Below are positions 37,750 through 50,208 of a stretch of DNA of 64,000 nt, one piece after another; positions within the stretch are counted from its first letter, which is position 1, and every line of letters begins with the position of its first letter. Source of the stretch: Octopus sinensis (lineage: Eukaryota); the NCBI RefSeq assembly GCF_006345805.1, contig NC_043014.1, forward strand, positions 35,526,001 through 35,590,000. The letters run 5' to 3'. Below the pieces are notes generated by a model. The model ran no database searches, was not told the origin of the DNA, and worked only from the letters and a program-made list of their open reading frames with translations. The translations under genes were made by a program, and so were the position numbers.

Positions 37750-38637
37750 TCGTATACAGTTATATGTATATTATATACACACATATAAATGCTTGTGTGT
37801 GCGTTTGTTTGTACAAATTATACATGTAACATTGGGTTTGCAGACGGGTAGATAACTCAGTAATACACGAATTAATACATGGATCAAAGTGTATTTATAT
37901 ATACATACACACATACATATATGTGTGTGCATGTGGTGTATGTGAGAGTGTTTGTATACATGTGTATACACACACACACACACATATATTCAGGCTTGTA
38001 TGTATGTTTGTATGTATGCAAGAATGCATGTTTGTATATGTCTGACTGAATGTATGTAGATATTTACGTTAATGTTATTCTTTGATGGTAAACAAGCAAT
38101 TTTTCGAATGTTTTTAATAACAATTTCCACTTCCATCCAACAAACATTAGTATTAAGATAACTGACGTCTTGAAAGGAAAACATTTTCAAAGCTATAACG
38201 GCTCAAATATTACAGTGATTAGCTTACAATTAACCTTTTCGGCTCGCTAAACGCTGACCTACTTTGTCACAATGGTCGCCATTATCAAAAGGAAACGCCT
38301 TCGCACTTTACAGTAGCCATCTTGCTGCCGAGTACATTATGTATATGTTATATGTTCTTTTCGCAGCTTTGTAAATGGGGATGTGTATCTGTTTTCGCGC
38401 AGGCGCATACGTACTTTCCTGCTTGCGGCTGTGTTTGTATACATAGTGCACAAATATAGGCAGGGATGTGTATATATACTTACACACACACACACACACA
38501 CACACAATTACACACACACACACACACACAAACAACACCCATATATTTATATATATATATATATATATATATGACATATGGATAAGTATGTATACATCCA
38601 TATACGTACACATCAGCATCATTAAGTGTGGTGTATG

Positions 38638-38668
<31 letters not shown>

Positions 38669-38816
38669 GTATGTATGTGTATACACAAGTATAATACTCA
38701 TCGGGAAGATTTTGTTCATAGAATATTTTTACCCTTTAATCCTATTTCTACCCTTTGCCTCAAATATTAACCGGCAACGTGTGTGTGCATACACACACGC
38801 ACATACATACATATAT

Positions 38817-38872
<56 letters not shown>

Positions 38873-39309
38873 GTGTGTATATATGTGTGTGTCTGCATAC
38901 ACACATATACACACATATACATACATGTATACATATATGTGTATATATATGTATGTATGTATACATATATATGTAGTTATATACCGTATATATTATATAT
39001 GTATATTTTATGTGCGAGTGTATGTGTATGTGTGCGTGTACGTACCTACGTGTGTGCGTGTACGTACCTACGTGTGTGTGTGTGTGTGTCTATGTACTTG
39101 CCTACGTGTGCATATATGCTTGTAATATACGTGCTCCTGTGCTGGAATGTGTGTATATAAGCATATGCGCTTATACGTATGCTGTATGTATTATGTAGTC
39201 AGTAAGGTTAGCTGAGAGGAAGAGAAAACTTAATGCAAGTGTGGAGTAATTGGTGAAAAGGATCTTATTCAGAGTATTAGAATGTTCAATGACTCACTTT
39301 CCAATACAT

Positions 39310-39346
<37 letters not shown>

Positions 39347-39408
39347 GTATGTATGCACATAAATATACTAAGTCTGTTACTTGTATACATACTTATACAT
39401 ATATATAT

Positions 39409-39442
<34 letters not shown>

Positions 39443-39520
39443 GTACAGGCATACGTATGCATATATAGACATATCTACATACATAAGTGTGTACTTTATA
39501 TATATGTATGCATATATATG

Positions 39521-39571
<51 letters not shown>

Positions 39572-40741
39572 GTATCTATGCATATATATGTATATATATA
39601 TGTGTGTGTGTGTGTATATATAAATATACATATATATACACAGGCGTACAGATACACGAACGTACGTGCATAAACACACAAACGCTAAATATACACGTGA
39701 CCTCGTTTGTTCCTTATTTAACATAATTGAAGTAGCTGAAACCAATTCATCTTTTCCTAGATGATATTTATTCCATACTTTATTGGAATGGCATGAATGC
39801 CACAGTTGTTGTTCTGTTTGAATTTAATTTGCGTTGGATCCTTAAAGACTCAATCAGCTGCAATTCTCATTTCAAAATATATTAATTGATTAATTTAATT
39901 AATTTAATTAATTAACTTTGTCTAATCACTGAAAGTAGAAAAGAAATTATAAAAACACGTTTGAAGAGGATAGAGGAAACTCATTAACTATAAGTAAACA
40001 ACAGATTCCATACAACATATTTATTGTCTTACCTTTGTATTGTTGAGTCATTTGGGGTAGGAGCTCTAGCTACAAACAGCATGTATGAGTGGTTAATGCT
40101 TGAGCTACATACTGTCTCCATCTAGATAAGTTATGGTGAATCTATGACACGCGTGCCTGCAAAGACACGCCGCGTGCTTTAAGTGATTCGTGACGAACTT
40201 TGATAAAAAAATCTTCTGGCTACAGAAAGCTTATCTTTAAGCATTAAGCTGATACTAAAAATACATGTGTACATCTATATCACTCTCGGCTAACATTGAT
40301 GATTCGCCATCACTAATTTAGACAAATATAAAAGCATTTATACAGTAATTAAGAAGCGTAATAATTCAACAGATAAAGTTTTGTGTTATATATCCAATTA
40401 TTTTGTTAGAAATACTGAAAACAATCTTATCGAAGGAACTAGAAATGCAGTTAGGGAAGATTTTGGGCTCCACACTAATTATCTTATCAAGGAAAATCTA
40501 GAAAATCTGGAGATTTAACATGAAGTGAAATGATTTAGCGGATAACACACTGAATGTCGTACCTGGATAAATCTTTAAAAAAATGTAGAAACGGGATTTT
40601 GTTGCGGATATAGTACATAGTTATATTCTTAATTAGTTGAGTCATTGTAAAAATATTGAGCAATAAAACGCTAATTAGTAGCAATTAGGCAGTGAGGAAA
40701 AGACAATATCAGTCAATGACTAATATTATTCTGCTGTGAAA

Positions 40742-40925
40742 GCATTTGGCCTCGTGGTCAGGGTATTGCACTCACTTTCGTGGTTTCGATTCCCGGGCTT
40801 GGCGGTGCATTCTGTTCTTGAGAAAATCCCTTCATTTCGCATTACTCATTCAGCTGCAAATGAATTCTAGCAAAAGCAAGACAGTTAAACCTTCGAGGGA
40901 TCGGCGTCCCGTACACGGTGGAGTG
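40742..40925 (+). mobile_element. tRNA-derived SINE family C, degenerate
   Basis: tggcctcgtggtcagggt...ggtttcgattccc...gttcttgagaaaatcccttcattt; similar to 55835-55990. Confidence 0.55.
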
Positions 40926-41428
40926 CTGTAATCTTGGTCATTTTCAACCCACCGAAAGCCTGTCAGGCTCCGGCCTTGTTTAGTGATAGACCCAAATAAG
41001 TTTAAGTCTAATAAGTTTAAGTCTTCGAACATTTTCCAGTCTTAATAGAACTCTTCAGTCAAATATAGACATTACTGCAGTTATTGAAATAATTGTGATG
41101 AGAGAATCTCTAAGTAAATGTGAAATATTATATCCTACCATGCCTAGAAAAGTGAAATGGTACAACATGTAAGTTCTTGAACTATAAATCATTATCTTAT
41201 CTGGCAATTGATAAAAATGGACTGGAAGTAGTGAACGAGTTACAAAGGTGATTAGGAAACGTTTGCAATCAAAGTGCCAACGGTTAAAAATGCATTCGAC
41301 CATTTCTTTAATGTACAACATGAAGATCGCATTGTCAAGGTGTAGGTACATACGATTCTGCCACCTCCTTGAAACATCAGAAAATGTATCAAAATTTGCG
41401 AAAGCTACACATACAGTACTTGTGAGCA

Positions 41429-41605
41429 GAGTATATTAATAAGGGTCGGTTATGTTGCTGTGTTAGCTTCCATTCCACCTTAACGCTGAGTATATTGATA
41501 AATGGTTCGTTATGTTGTAGTGATGAATTCGATTCCAGCCTTCAGTATGCTATGTTGACAAGAGGTTTGCTATATTGTAGTACTAACCTCAACTCCTCTG
41601 CTCGA
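41429..41605. repeat. Three degenerate ~60-bp tandem units
   Basis: gagtatattaataagggtcggttatgttg (41429), gagtatattgataaatggttcgttatgttg (41488), gctatgttgacaagaggtttgctatattg (41549). Confidence 0.7.
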
Positions 41606-41964
41606 TAAAGTCTATTCTTTTCTACTGTAGGCACAGTACTGGAGTCGATCTAATCGACAGGCTCCCTCCCCCAAAATTTTGGGCCTTAGTCGCAGGAAAG
41701 AACTGAACTCGGAAAAAAGCGTAGAGAGAGACAAGCCTAACAACTGGAAGAAATTTACCTTAATAATCTGTTTCTTTTTTCTTACCTCGTTCTTTTTGTT
41801 TTTACTTTCTATTGTTTAGAAAATTGATATAAGTTGATTATACCATCTGGAAATATGTCGGTAAGGATGAATTAACGAGAAAACCTTTACGTCGTTATCA
41901 TGCTTGCTACAAATAGCACCCAAATCTCACTCTCCCGTTCTAAATAATGGTTTCATATTTTAGC

Positions 41965-42140
41965 ACAAGGCCAGCTGTTTTGCTGGGGAAGGAGCTAGTC
42001 GATTACATAGACCCAAATACTTGACTGGTACTTATTTCATCGAAAAGGATGAAAGGCAAAATCGACCTCGGAACATAAAGCCAGACGAAATGCCGTTAAA
42101 CATTTCATACAGCGTACTAATGCTTCCGCCAGCTTGCTAC
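41965..42140 (-). mobile_element. SINE family B-related variant, degenerate
   Basis: gtcgattacatagaccc...aaaggatgaaaggcaaaatcgacctcgg...cttccgccagc. Confidence 0.65.
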
Positions 42141-42602
42141 CTGTCGCGTTTTAATCAATGAAGAATATTTTGGACAAAGTAGCCACTGATATACGAAAAG
42201 ATGGAGTGGTTAGGATGAAATGTCTTTCTTCATAGGTTTGCACAGGGACAACTGACCTGAGGCTAGACAACAATGAGAACAGGGACCGAACTCTTGATAT
42301 GTCCATCGTCAAGAAGAAAGACTGCCCAGTAAAAAATGTGGGGAGCTGAAGTAGAAGAGTGAGAAGAAAGAAATGTAGGTCATCACCTGGACCTTGGATT
42401 GAAGTATAATGAAACTCGATAGTTTTGGGGAGAATTAAAATAGTGAGATAGATGAAAGTGAAGCATATTATTTAGTGAACTATATCGATGTTGTATGTGT
42501 TTATGAGTAACACTTTACCAATCGGTCGGTTTGACCTAATTTTCATTAAAGAGGTACAGTCTTGGATGTTTATATATGAAGGAAAAAAAGCAATATATAA
42601 GA

Positions 42603-43861
42603 TACGGGGAGGGGTACCCAAAAGTAACCAGGAACCTTCTTTGTGGGACAAGCCCGTTGTAGTTCAGGCTTCCGCCGCTACAAGCCACTTGATGCAACCC
42701 TCAGGCATCAGCCTGCCGATCGGTGTTGTCCCTCTAAAGTCGTACTGCCACGTGCCATGTGATGGATCTTTGTTTTGCAGTGCTTATTGTTCGTCGATAT
42801 TTGCGATGGCTGAAACGGCGTACTTCCGTGAAATTCTGTTTTCTTCCGGGGAAAACGGCGGCCGCGACAGTTGCCATGCTTCAAACAGCTTTCAAGAGTG
42901 CTGCCATGACCGAAACACAAGTTTACGAGTGGTTTTCACGGTTTAAGAATGGTCACTTGTCGCTGGAAGACCAACCTCGTTCAGGACGACTGTAGACCTC
43001 CCGAACGAATGCAAACATAACGAAAATTCGTTAACTGATCTTGGAGGACCGTCGCCGAACAGTTGACGACCTTGTTGATATGATTGGTGTGCCCCGGAAC
43101 TCTTGCCAATGAATTTTGAGCTTGGAATTGTGAATGAAGAGTTGCAGCAAAATTTGTGCTTCACTTACTCACGGAAGGTCAAAAGCAGTAACGACTAAAT
43201 GCGTGTTATGATCTGAAAAAACTGTTGGAAGTTGATCCGGACCTTTTTTCGAAGGTCATCACTGGTGACAAAAGCTGGTGCAACGGTTACGACCCGGAAA
43301 CGAAGTAGCAGTCAACTCAATGGAAGCATTAGATGTCACTACGTTCCAAAGAAGCGCGTCAAGTGAAATCCAACGTCAAGGTGATGCTGATTTTGTTTCA
43401 TCGATGTGAAAAGAATTGTCCACACAGAATTTGTTCCTCCAGGTCAAACTATTAACCAAATATTTTACTTGGCAGTTCTGAAGCATTTGCAAGACGCAGT
43501 GAGACAAAAAAAAACCCTGACCTGTGGAGAGTGGTGGATTCATCACGAGAACGTACCAGCTTACCCTCCCTCCCTATTCATCCGATCTTTCTCCCTGCGA
43601 CTTTTTTGTTCTCTCGAATGAAAAAAGCCCGTAAAGGAAAACGTTTTGCAGATGTGGAAGAGGTGAAGAAAAAAACGACGGAGGCGTTAAAAGGCATCAA
43701 TTCGCAAGAGTTCCAGGATAGCTTCGAAAAGTGGAAAGCGCGTCCGGACCGATTCATTGCTTCAAATGGAGAATACTTTGAAGGCGACAAAAGCATAAAA
43801 CTATAAATCATCAATAAAATAATATTGCAAAATTCCTGTTTCTTTGAGGTACCCTGTCGTA
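42603..43861 (+). mobile_element. Near full-length mariner with pseudogenised transposase (~42806-43806)
   Basis: TIRs tacgg..ggggtacccaaaagtaaccagga / ttcctgtttctttgaggtaccctgtcgta. Motifs: VKFCF..GKTAA..VYEWFSRFKNG...PRSGR, VITGDKSW..YDPETK, HTEFVPPGQTINQ.FY, WIHHEN, KGKRFADVEEVK...EYFEGD; several stops and frameshifts. Confidence 0.93.
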
Positions 43862-44571
43862 TGTGAGCATATATTACTTGAATTCTTACTTGAGTTTGTT
43901 GAGGGCAGTAACATTTTACTGAGCTAAATACGAAGCTTCCTAGTTACTGGGAATAGAGTTTGAGCAATATTTTGGTAGTGACTTAGATTTTGAAGATTAG
44001 CATATGTAACTAATTAAATGGGGTGGGGTTTTATCTACGTGCTGTTCATGGGTATTGGGGAGTATGTGTGTATATGTGTTGCAAGACTGCTTCCTTGTTG
44101 CGCTTACAGATTGTGTAGAGGGGTTGGCTAAAGAGACGACTATACAATTTCTATTAAGAAAGTTAACAAAGGAACTTATTCAAAGGCAAAAGAAAGAAGA
44201 AGGAAAACGTAAGAGAGGTGACTTAAAAAAGCTGATAAAAACGTCATCTGTTTTTTTTATAACTTTGAGAACATGCTTCTGTTTGTTGAAAGAATTACAG
44301 TAAGCACCATTTGTATAATCAGTTCCTATAATATCATTAGGTTGTTTTATCTTACCATTGAAAAATTCTTAGCATACACTTCCTTCCAAAGTAGTGTTTG
44401 TACTTTAATGTTTGTGCTAATATACCATTTGCTTATACATACATAACAAACATGCATATACACATACATAATAGATATATGTACGCATGTTTGAGTGTGT
44501 GTATGTGTGTGTGTATACATACAAATATATATATATATATGTGTGTATGTGTGTGTGTGTGTGTGTATGAA

Positions 44572-44612
<41 letters not shown>

Positions 44613-44639
44613 ATGTATGTATATATATGTATGTATGTG

Positions 44640-44693
<54 letters not shown>

Positions 44694-45165
44694 CATATAT
44701 GTATGTATGTATATATACATACACGAACACTTACACACGTATACATACATATGTGTGTGAGTGTGTGTGTATGTGTGAGTGTGTGTGTATGTGAGGGTGT
44801 GTATGTACGTGCGTGTGTGCCCATGTGCGTGTGTACCCAAATGAGTGCGCCCCCGTGTGTATGCAAATTCGTTCGTTAACCTCCTTGCAGTTATCTTGTA
44901 CAAAATAATGACCATTTCCTATTCCTCTCAGCATTTCAGCCATCTTTCTGCGTTGAAACACAACCACTTCCTGCGTGCTGTTTAGTTTCCCGTCACAGCC
45001 AAAACAGCTACTTCCTGTCTACAGTGTTAAGCTGCTGGCTGTATTTCATACTGCCATTCTATCTCCTTGAATGCTTGTGTTTTTTTCTTTTTTTTTCATA
45101 TTTTTCTTCTCTTTCCTACCTTATTCCATCAGCAGCAATACATATATTCTTTCGCATTCCTTAAT

Positions 45166-45166
45166 G

Positions 45167-45197
<31 letters not shown>

Positions 45198-45500
45198 CTT
45201 CTTCTTCTTCTTCTTCTTCTCTTCTTCTTCTTCTTCTTCTTCTTCTTCTTCTTCTTCTTCTTCTCTCGTCTCCTCCTCCCTCTTCCTCCTCTTCCTCCTC
45301 CTCCTTTCCTTCTTCTTCTTCTCCTCCTCCTCCTCCTTCTTCTTCTTATTCTCCTCCTCCTCCTCCGTCTTCTCTTTCTTCTTCTTCTTCGTCTTCTCCT
45401 CCTCCTCCTTCTTCTCCTCCTCCTCCTCTTTCTGCTTCTTCTTCTTCTTCTTCTGCTCCTCCTCCTCCTCCTCCTCCTCCTCCTTCTTCTTCTTACTCTT
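45166..45500. repeat. ~335-bp almost pure pyrimidine (TTC/CCT)n tract
   Basis: Directly visible. Confidence 0.95.
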
Positions 45501-46107
45501 TCTCCCCATTTAAAAAAATTCTTTCTCTGTAAATCCCTACACTTTATGCCTGTCATTATATCGTCCCCCCCGCTCCATCATTTGTTGCCCATCACCTACT
45601 AGTATTCATTGCTTGCCTTCCTTTCTTCCACACACTTCCCCCACCGTCACCACCACCATCATCACCACTCCCACCACCACCACTACCACCACCACCACCA
45701 CCACGACTACCACGAGCACTACTCTACTACTACTACTACTTGCACCCATTCCATTCTCTATTCACTGACAGTGTCCAACCCTATAATTTTATTATCAGTA
45801 CCTATAACACACAAGTGAAGCTGCTGTTCTGATTCTAAGTTTAAATAAAATATTTTCTTGTTTGCTCTTTTACAGCTGTTTCAAGTTACCAAATGAGAAA
45901 AACATACGCAAAAGAAAGAGAAAAAAACAAAAGATCAACGAAAAATTCCTCAGATTTTAACATACAGTACATATAATAATAACAGGAAATGAAATTTTGA
46001 AAGAAAGTCAAAGTCAATCGAAAGTACTCCAAGTCTCTCCCCACATAAAAATGAGAAAGAAGCAAGTAACATTTTATAAAGCAAACTTCAAAAAGTCTTC
46101 TCAGCAT

Positions 46108-46523
46108 AGGTGCAGGAGTGGCTGTGTGGTAAGTAGCTTGTTTACCAACCACATGGTTCCAGGTTCAGTCCCACTGCGTGGCATCTTGGACAAGTGTCTT
46201 CTACTATAGCCTCGGGCCGACTAAAGCCTTGTGAGTGGATTTGGTAGATGGAAGCTGAAAGAAGTCCGTCGTATATATGTATATATATATATATGCGTGT
46301 GTGTGTTTGTGTGTCTGTGTTTGTCCCCCTAGTATTGCTTGACAACCGATGCTGGTGTGTTTATGTCCCCGTTACTTAGCGGTTCGGCAAAAGAGACCGA
46401 TAGAATAAGTACTGAGCTTACAAAAGAATAAGTCCTGGGGTCGAGTTGCTCGATTAAAGGCGGTGCTCCAGCATGGCCGCAGTCAATTGACTGAAACAAG
46501 TAAAAGAGTAAAGAGTAAAGAGT
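46108..46523 (+). mobile_element. SINE family A, full length, sense orientation (reference copy)
   Basis: A-box-like tggctgtgtggta, B-box-like ggttcagtccc, central microsatellite, cagtcaattgactg hairpin, (AAAGAGT)n tail. Confidence 0.92.
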
Positions 46524-46533
46524 ATACGCAGAA

Positions 46534-46592
<59 letters not shown>

Positions 46593-46599
46593 TACACCT

Positions 46600-47625
46600 T
46601 TGTTTACTTAGGAAGCACACTTTCAAGAGATGGTAATCTTGATGCAGAGATATACTATCGAAAGGGGAAGGGAAGTGTTGCATTTGGAAAGCTCGGATAG
46701 AGGTATCTCCCTGCAGACAAAAATCAGTGTCTATAAAGCGTGTGAATTGTCTGCACTTCTTTATTCAAGTGAGACATGGGCCACTTACATGCATCACATA
46801 AAAATGCTGGAGAGATTTCATCAAAAGTGCCTCAGACGTATCTTAGGAGTCAAGTAGAAATGTTTCATACCAGCTACAGAGGTTTTGCGCATGGTACGTT
46901 GCAGCTCAATTGAACAACATGTTATCTTGGCTCAAATGAAATGGACTGGATATGTTATTAGAGTGAAAGACGAGAGTTTGCCGAAGCATCTTTTTTATGG
47001 TGAGCTCAACTCTGGTAAGTGACCACAACATAAGTCGAGGAAAAGGTATAAAAACTGTGTGATGGAAAACCTGAAGAAAGTAGATATGAACAAAAGTGAT
47101 TGTAAAAATGATGCTCTAGATCGGAACAACTGGAGATGTGCTGTTAGAACTGGTTTCAGTGCCTGGGGGGAACAGATGATTCAGAACTCTCAACTTAAAA
47201 AGGTCTGTCGCAAAGGAACAATTGGAACTGTAATCAACACTGAACATTGGATATGCATTATATGTGACCGGGTTCTGTTGTCAAAAGCAGGATACATGAA
47301 TCATGTGAAGTCACACGAAAATCGTAATGCCCAAAATAGGTAATGATCTTGGAAGCCAACCACCTCTTACGATTTGTGTCATATGTCAAAAAACTTGTAA
47401 GACAATATCTGAACTTAAAAGACATACGCTAGTTCACAAAAGCATTCCTTCAAAATCAGATCCCAAAGGGCAAAGATGTAGAAGAAATTTGAATGATATG
47501 TCACTTGTGTTTTAAACCCTGTCAGTCAGCAGCTGGCCTTAAACGTCATCTGAGGGCTCATCAACAGAGTGATTGTACTGTGTGATGGGGTGTGGTGTGT
47601 GTGTTAATGGGATGGCTATCATCAC
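46600..47625 (+). pseudogene. RTE (BovB-like) LINE 3' part with three C2H2 zinc fingers
   Basis: YLGSTLSRDGNLDAEI..., KISVYKAC.LSALLYSSETW..Y..HIKMLERFHQKCLRRILGVK, LPKHLFYGEL, ALDRNNWR; then C-X2-C-X12-H-X3-H at 47254-316, 47375-437 and 47499-561. Confidence 0.9.
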
Positions 47626-47672
47626 TCCATATGAAGCACCCACACACACACACACACACCTATATATATATA

Positions 47673-47808
47673 TATAAATACAAAATGGGACAAGAACGCC
47701 AAACATCCAGAAGACGATACAAAAAACACGGACGGGTCATTCGAAGCCTTTAAACTTTTTGTATCGTCTTCTGGATGTTTTGCGTTCTTGTCCCATTTTG
47801 TATTTATA
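47673..47808. repeat. Hairpin: 53-bp arms (1 mismatch), 30-nt loop, embedded in (TA)n
   Basis: tataaatacaaaatgggacaagaacgccaaacatccagaagacgatacaaaaa / tttttgtatcgtcttctggatgttttgcgttcttgtcccattttgtatttata. Confidence 0.95.
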
Positions 47809-47879
47809 TATATATAGTGGCGTACATATACTTTGTTCTCTCTCTCTCTCTTCTCTCTCCTCTCTCTCTCTTTCTCCGT

Positions 47880-47932
<53 letters not shown>

Positions 47933-47984
47933 CACAAATAAAGTGTTTTTGTGTATGTGTGTGTGATACGAACTTTGGTTCCTC

Positions 47985-48262
47985 GCCGGGTGGTTCTGGG
48001 TTCAGTCCCACAGCATGGCACCTTGGGCAATATTTTCTGCTAAATATCGACAATATATTTGAGAATGCAGTTGGTAGACAGAAACTGAAAGTAGCTTGTG
48101 GTACATGTCTATGTCTATGCGCGTCTTCGTGCTTGTGTTTACCCCACAACACTGCTTGAGAATGGGTGCTAGTGTGTTTACGACACCGTAACTTAGCGGT
48201 TCGGCAATGAGGACAGATAGAATAAGTATAAGGCAAAGAAAAATGTACCAGGGTCGATTCAT
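47985..48262 (+). mobile_element. SINE family A, old degenerate copy
   Basis: gggttcagtcccacagcatggcaccttgggcaa...gtaacttagcggttcggcaa...gatagaataagta. Confidence 0.7.
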
Positions 48263-48315
48263 TAGACTGTGTGTGTGAGTGTATGTATGTATGTATATAT
48301 ATATATATATATATA

Positions 48316-49297
48316 TATTGAGATCTGGGGACAGTGGTGGTCAGATAAGATGTTCAACTTCACTAGAATGTTCCTCGTCCCATTCACTAACAACTTTAGC
48401 TGTATAAATTGGTGCATTATCAGCCTGAAAGATTGCGTTTCCCTCCGGAAATAGTTCCGCAACGATAAGATGAATTTGATAAGATAAAATGCTTAAATAG
48501 TCTTAACTATTAATTCTGCCATGAAGGGAAACCATTAGACCGGTAGATTTCCAAGATACAGCCCCACAGATCATCACAGATCCTCCTCCATGTTTAACAG
48601 TTGGAAGAAGGCAGTCTGCTCAAATGCTTTTTTTGGCTGTCTCCACACGTTTACTTGACCGGTGGTCGGAAATAAGGTAAAGGATGACTCGTCCGAGAAA
48701 ATAACATTCTTCCACTTCTCTAGGGACCAATTCTGTAGGCTTTATACAGCACTCTAAACGCTTCGCAACGTTTGTTTTTGAAAGTAGTGGTTTTCTGATT
48801 GCAGTCCTCCCGTGAAATCCCATTTTGTGCAGCTCCCGACGAACATTAAGCTCTGCAGTAATTTTGGGAGCTGTATTTCTGTGATTCTTTCTAACAATTC
48901 GCGTAAGAGTCCGACGGCCCCTATCTGAAAGTTTTGGTTTTCTTCCGGAGTTTTGTTTCGACGAGGAGGTTTTTCCCTCTTTCTCAAAGACTGTCATTAC
49001 TTTCGAGACAGTACTTCTTGATACACCAAACATTTCGGCTGTTTTCGTTACGCTTGCGCCTGCTATACGAGTACCAGGAATTTGACGTCTCTGAAAGTCA
49101 GATAGTTATTTTAATGAATTTTAATTACCTCCTTCTTCTGATATCTGAAAAGAAACAGCAATTTTAGCAAAACATATTAAGCAACACTAATAATAAATAA
49201 TATAAATAAATAAACAAGATTTTGATGGTTTTATAGATATTTCAAAATTATGATGCTATGATGCTCGGTGTTTCCATTATTTCGTCCAACCCCTGTA
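48316..49297 (-). mobile_element. Tc1-family transposon, 3' truncated at a (TA)n array
   Basis: TIR tacaggggttggacgaaa at 49297. Minus: LSDFQR.QI..RIAGASVTKTAEMFGVSRSTVSKV...SGRKPKLSDR...RKPLLS, VIFSDES, VKHGGGSVMI, FQ.DNAPI, SPDLN. Confidence 0.92.
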
Positions 49298-50208
49298 TAT
49301 TTGTGCGTGTATGTATATATGTATGTATTTATATTTGTATATGCCGTGTTTATTAATACTTCTATATAATATAATTAAGCTGAATCAGGATCGTATGTTT
49401 TAATTGTTGTCTCGTATTTTGATATTTGATAGTTCAAAATAGCACTCTGTATATCGAACTTAATATATACTGTAAAATATACAATGTATATAATGTATGT
49501 ATGTATGTATGTATATATGTATGAATGTATGTATGTACGTATCTAAAGTGTTAAAAGTGCTTTTGAAAGTCACTCCTTTTTGGAAGCACATGAGTGAAAA
49601 CAGAGCCAAAATCTATGACTGTAGTTTGCACTTTTACTATTTGAGTACTTCTTTCGCAAAATGCATTTAACAAAGAGAAAATCTATCTTTTCTCCTCTCT
49701 ATCTTTCGTTCTGACTCTCCCCCTCTCTTTCTCTCTCTCTCTCTCTATTTACATATTTTTGTATTTGTTGGTGTAAGTAGTGTTTGTAAATATATATAGA
49801 TAGACATATGTGCGTGTGTGTGTGTGTGCGCGTCCTTGTGTGTGTGTGCGTCCTTGTGTGTGTGTGCATGTTTATGTGGTTTCTTGTAAACAGTTACATA
49901 CACTCACACACACACTCACAAACACACATACACACATATTTTGCTTTATTCATTGTTTTATAACAAGCAGGAAATTACTTGTCCTAATTATGTACATGTC
50001 CAATTTTGCTTACAGTTACGTCTATAGTCAATGAAATAAACACTTTCGCTGTGTATTTGTACATATAATTACTTGTCTTCTGGTGACAAATAGGAACGTG
50101 TCAACGTTAGAACGCTGGAGGAAAATCTAGTACCCGAAATACAGTTAGTTTTGCTCTCCACTACGTCATTCCAGCTGCTAACAAATCACTGGTCTTATTG
50201 TCGATGTA

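Noticed and set aside
41060-41350. Open plus frames with GTAAGT donor near 41170
   Set aside because: Poor acceptors and no homology.
41429-41605. Repeat-spacer (CRISPR-like) reading of the 60-bp units
   Set aside because: Three degenerate units, eukaryotic context, no cas genes.
46108-46185. tRNA-like A/B boxes at SINE heads as real tRNA genes
   Set aside because: No full cloverleaf; they continue into SINE bodies.
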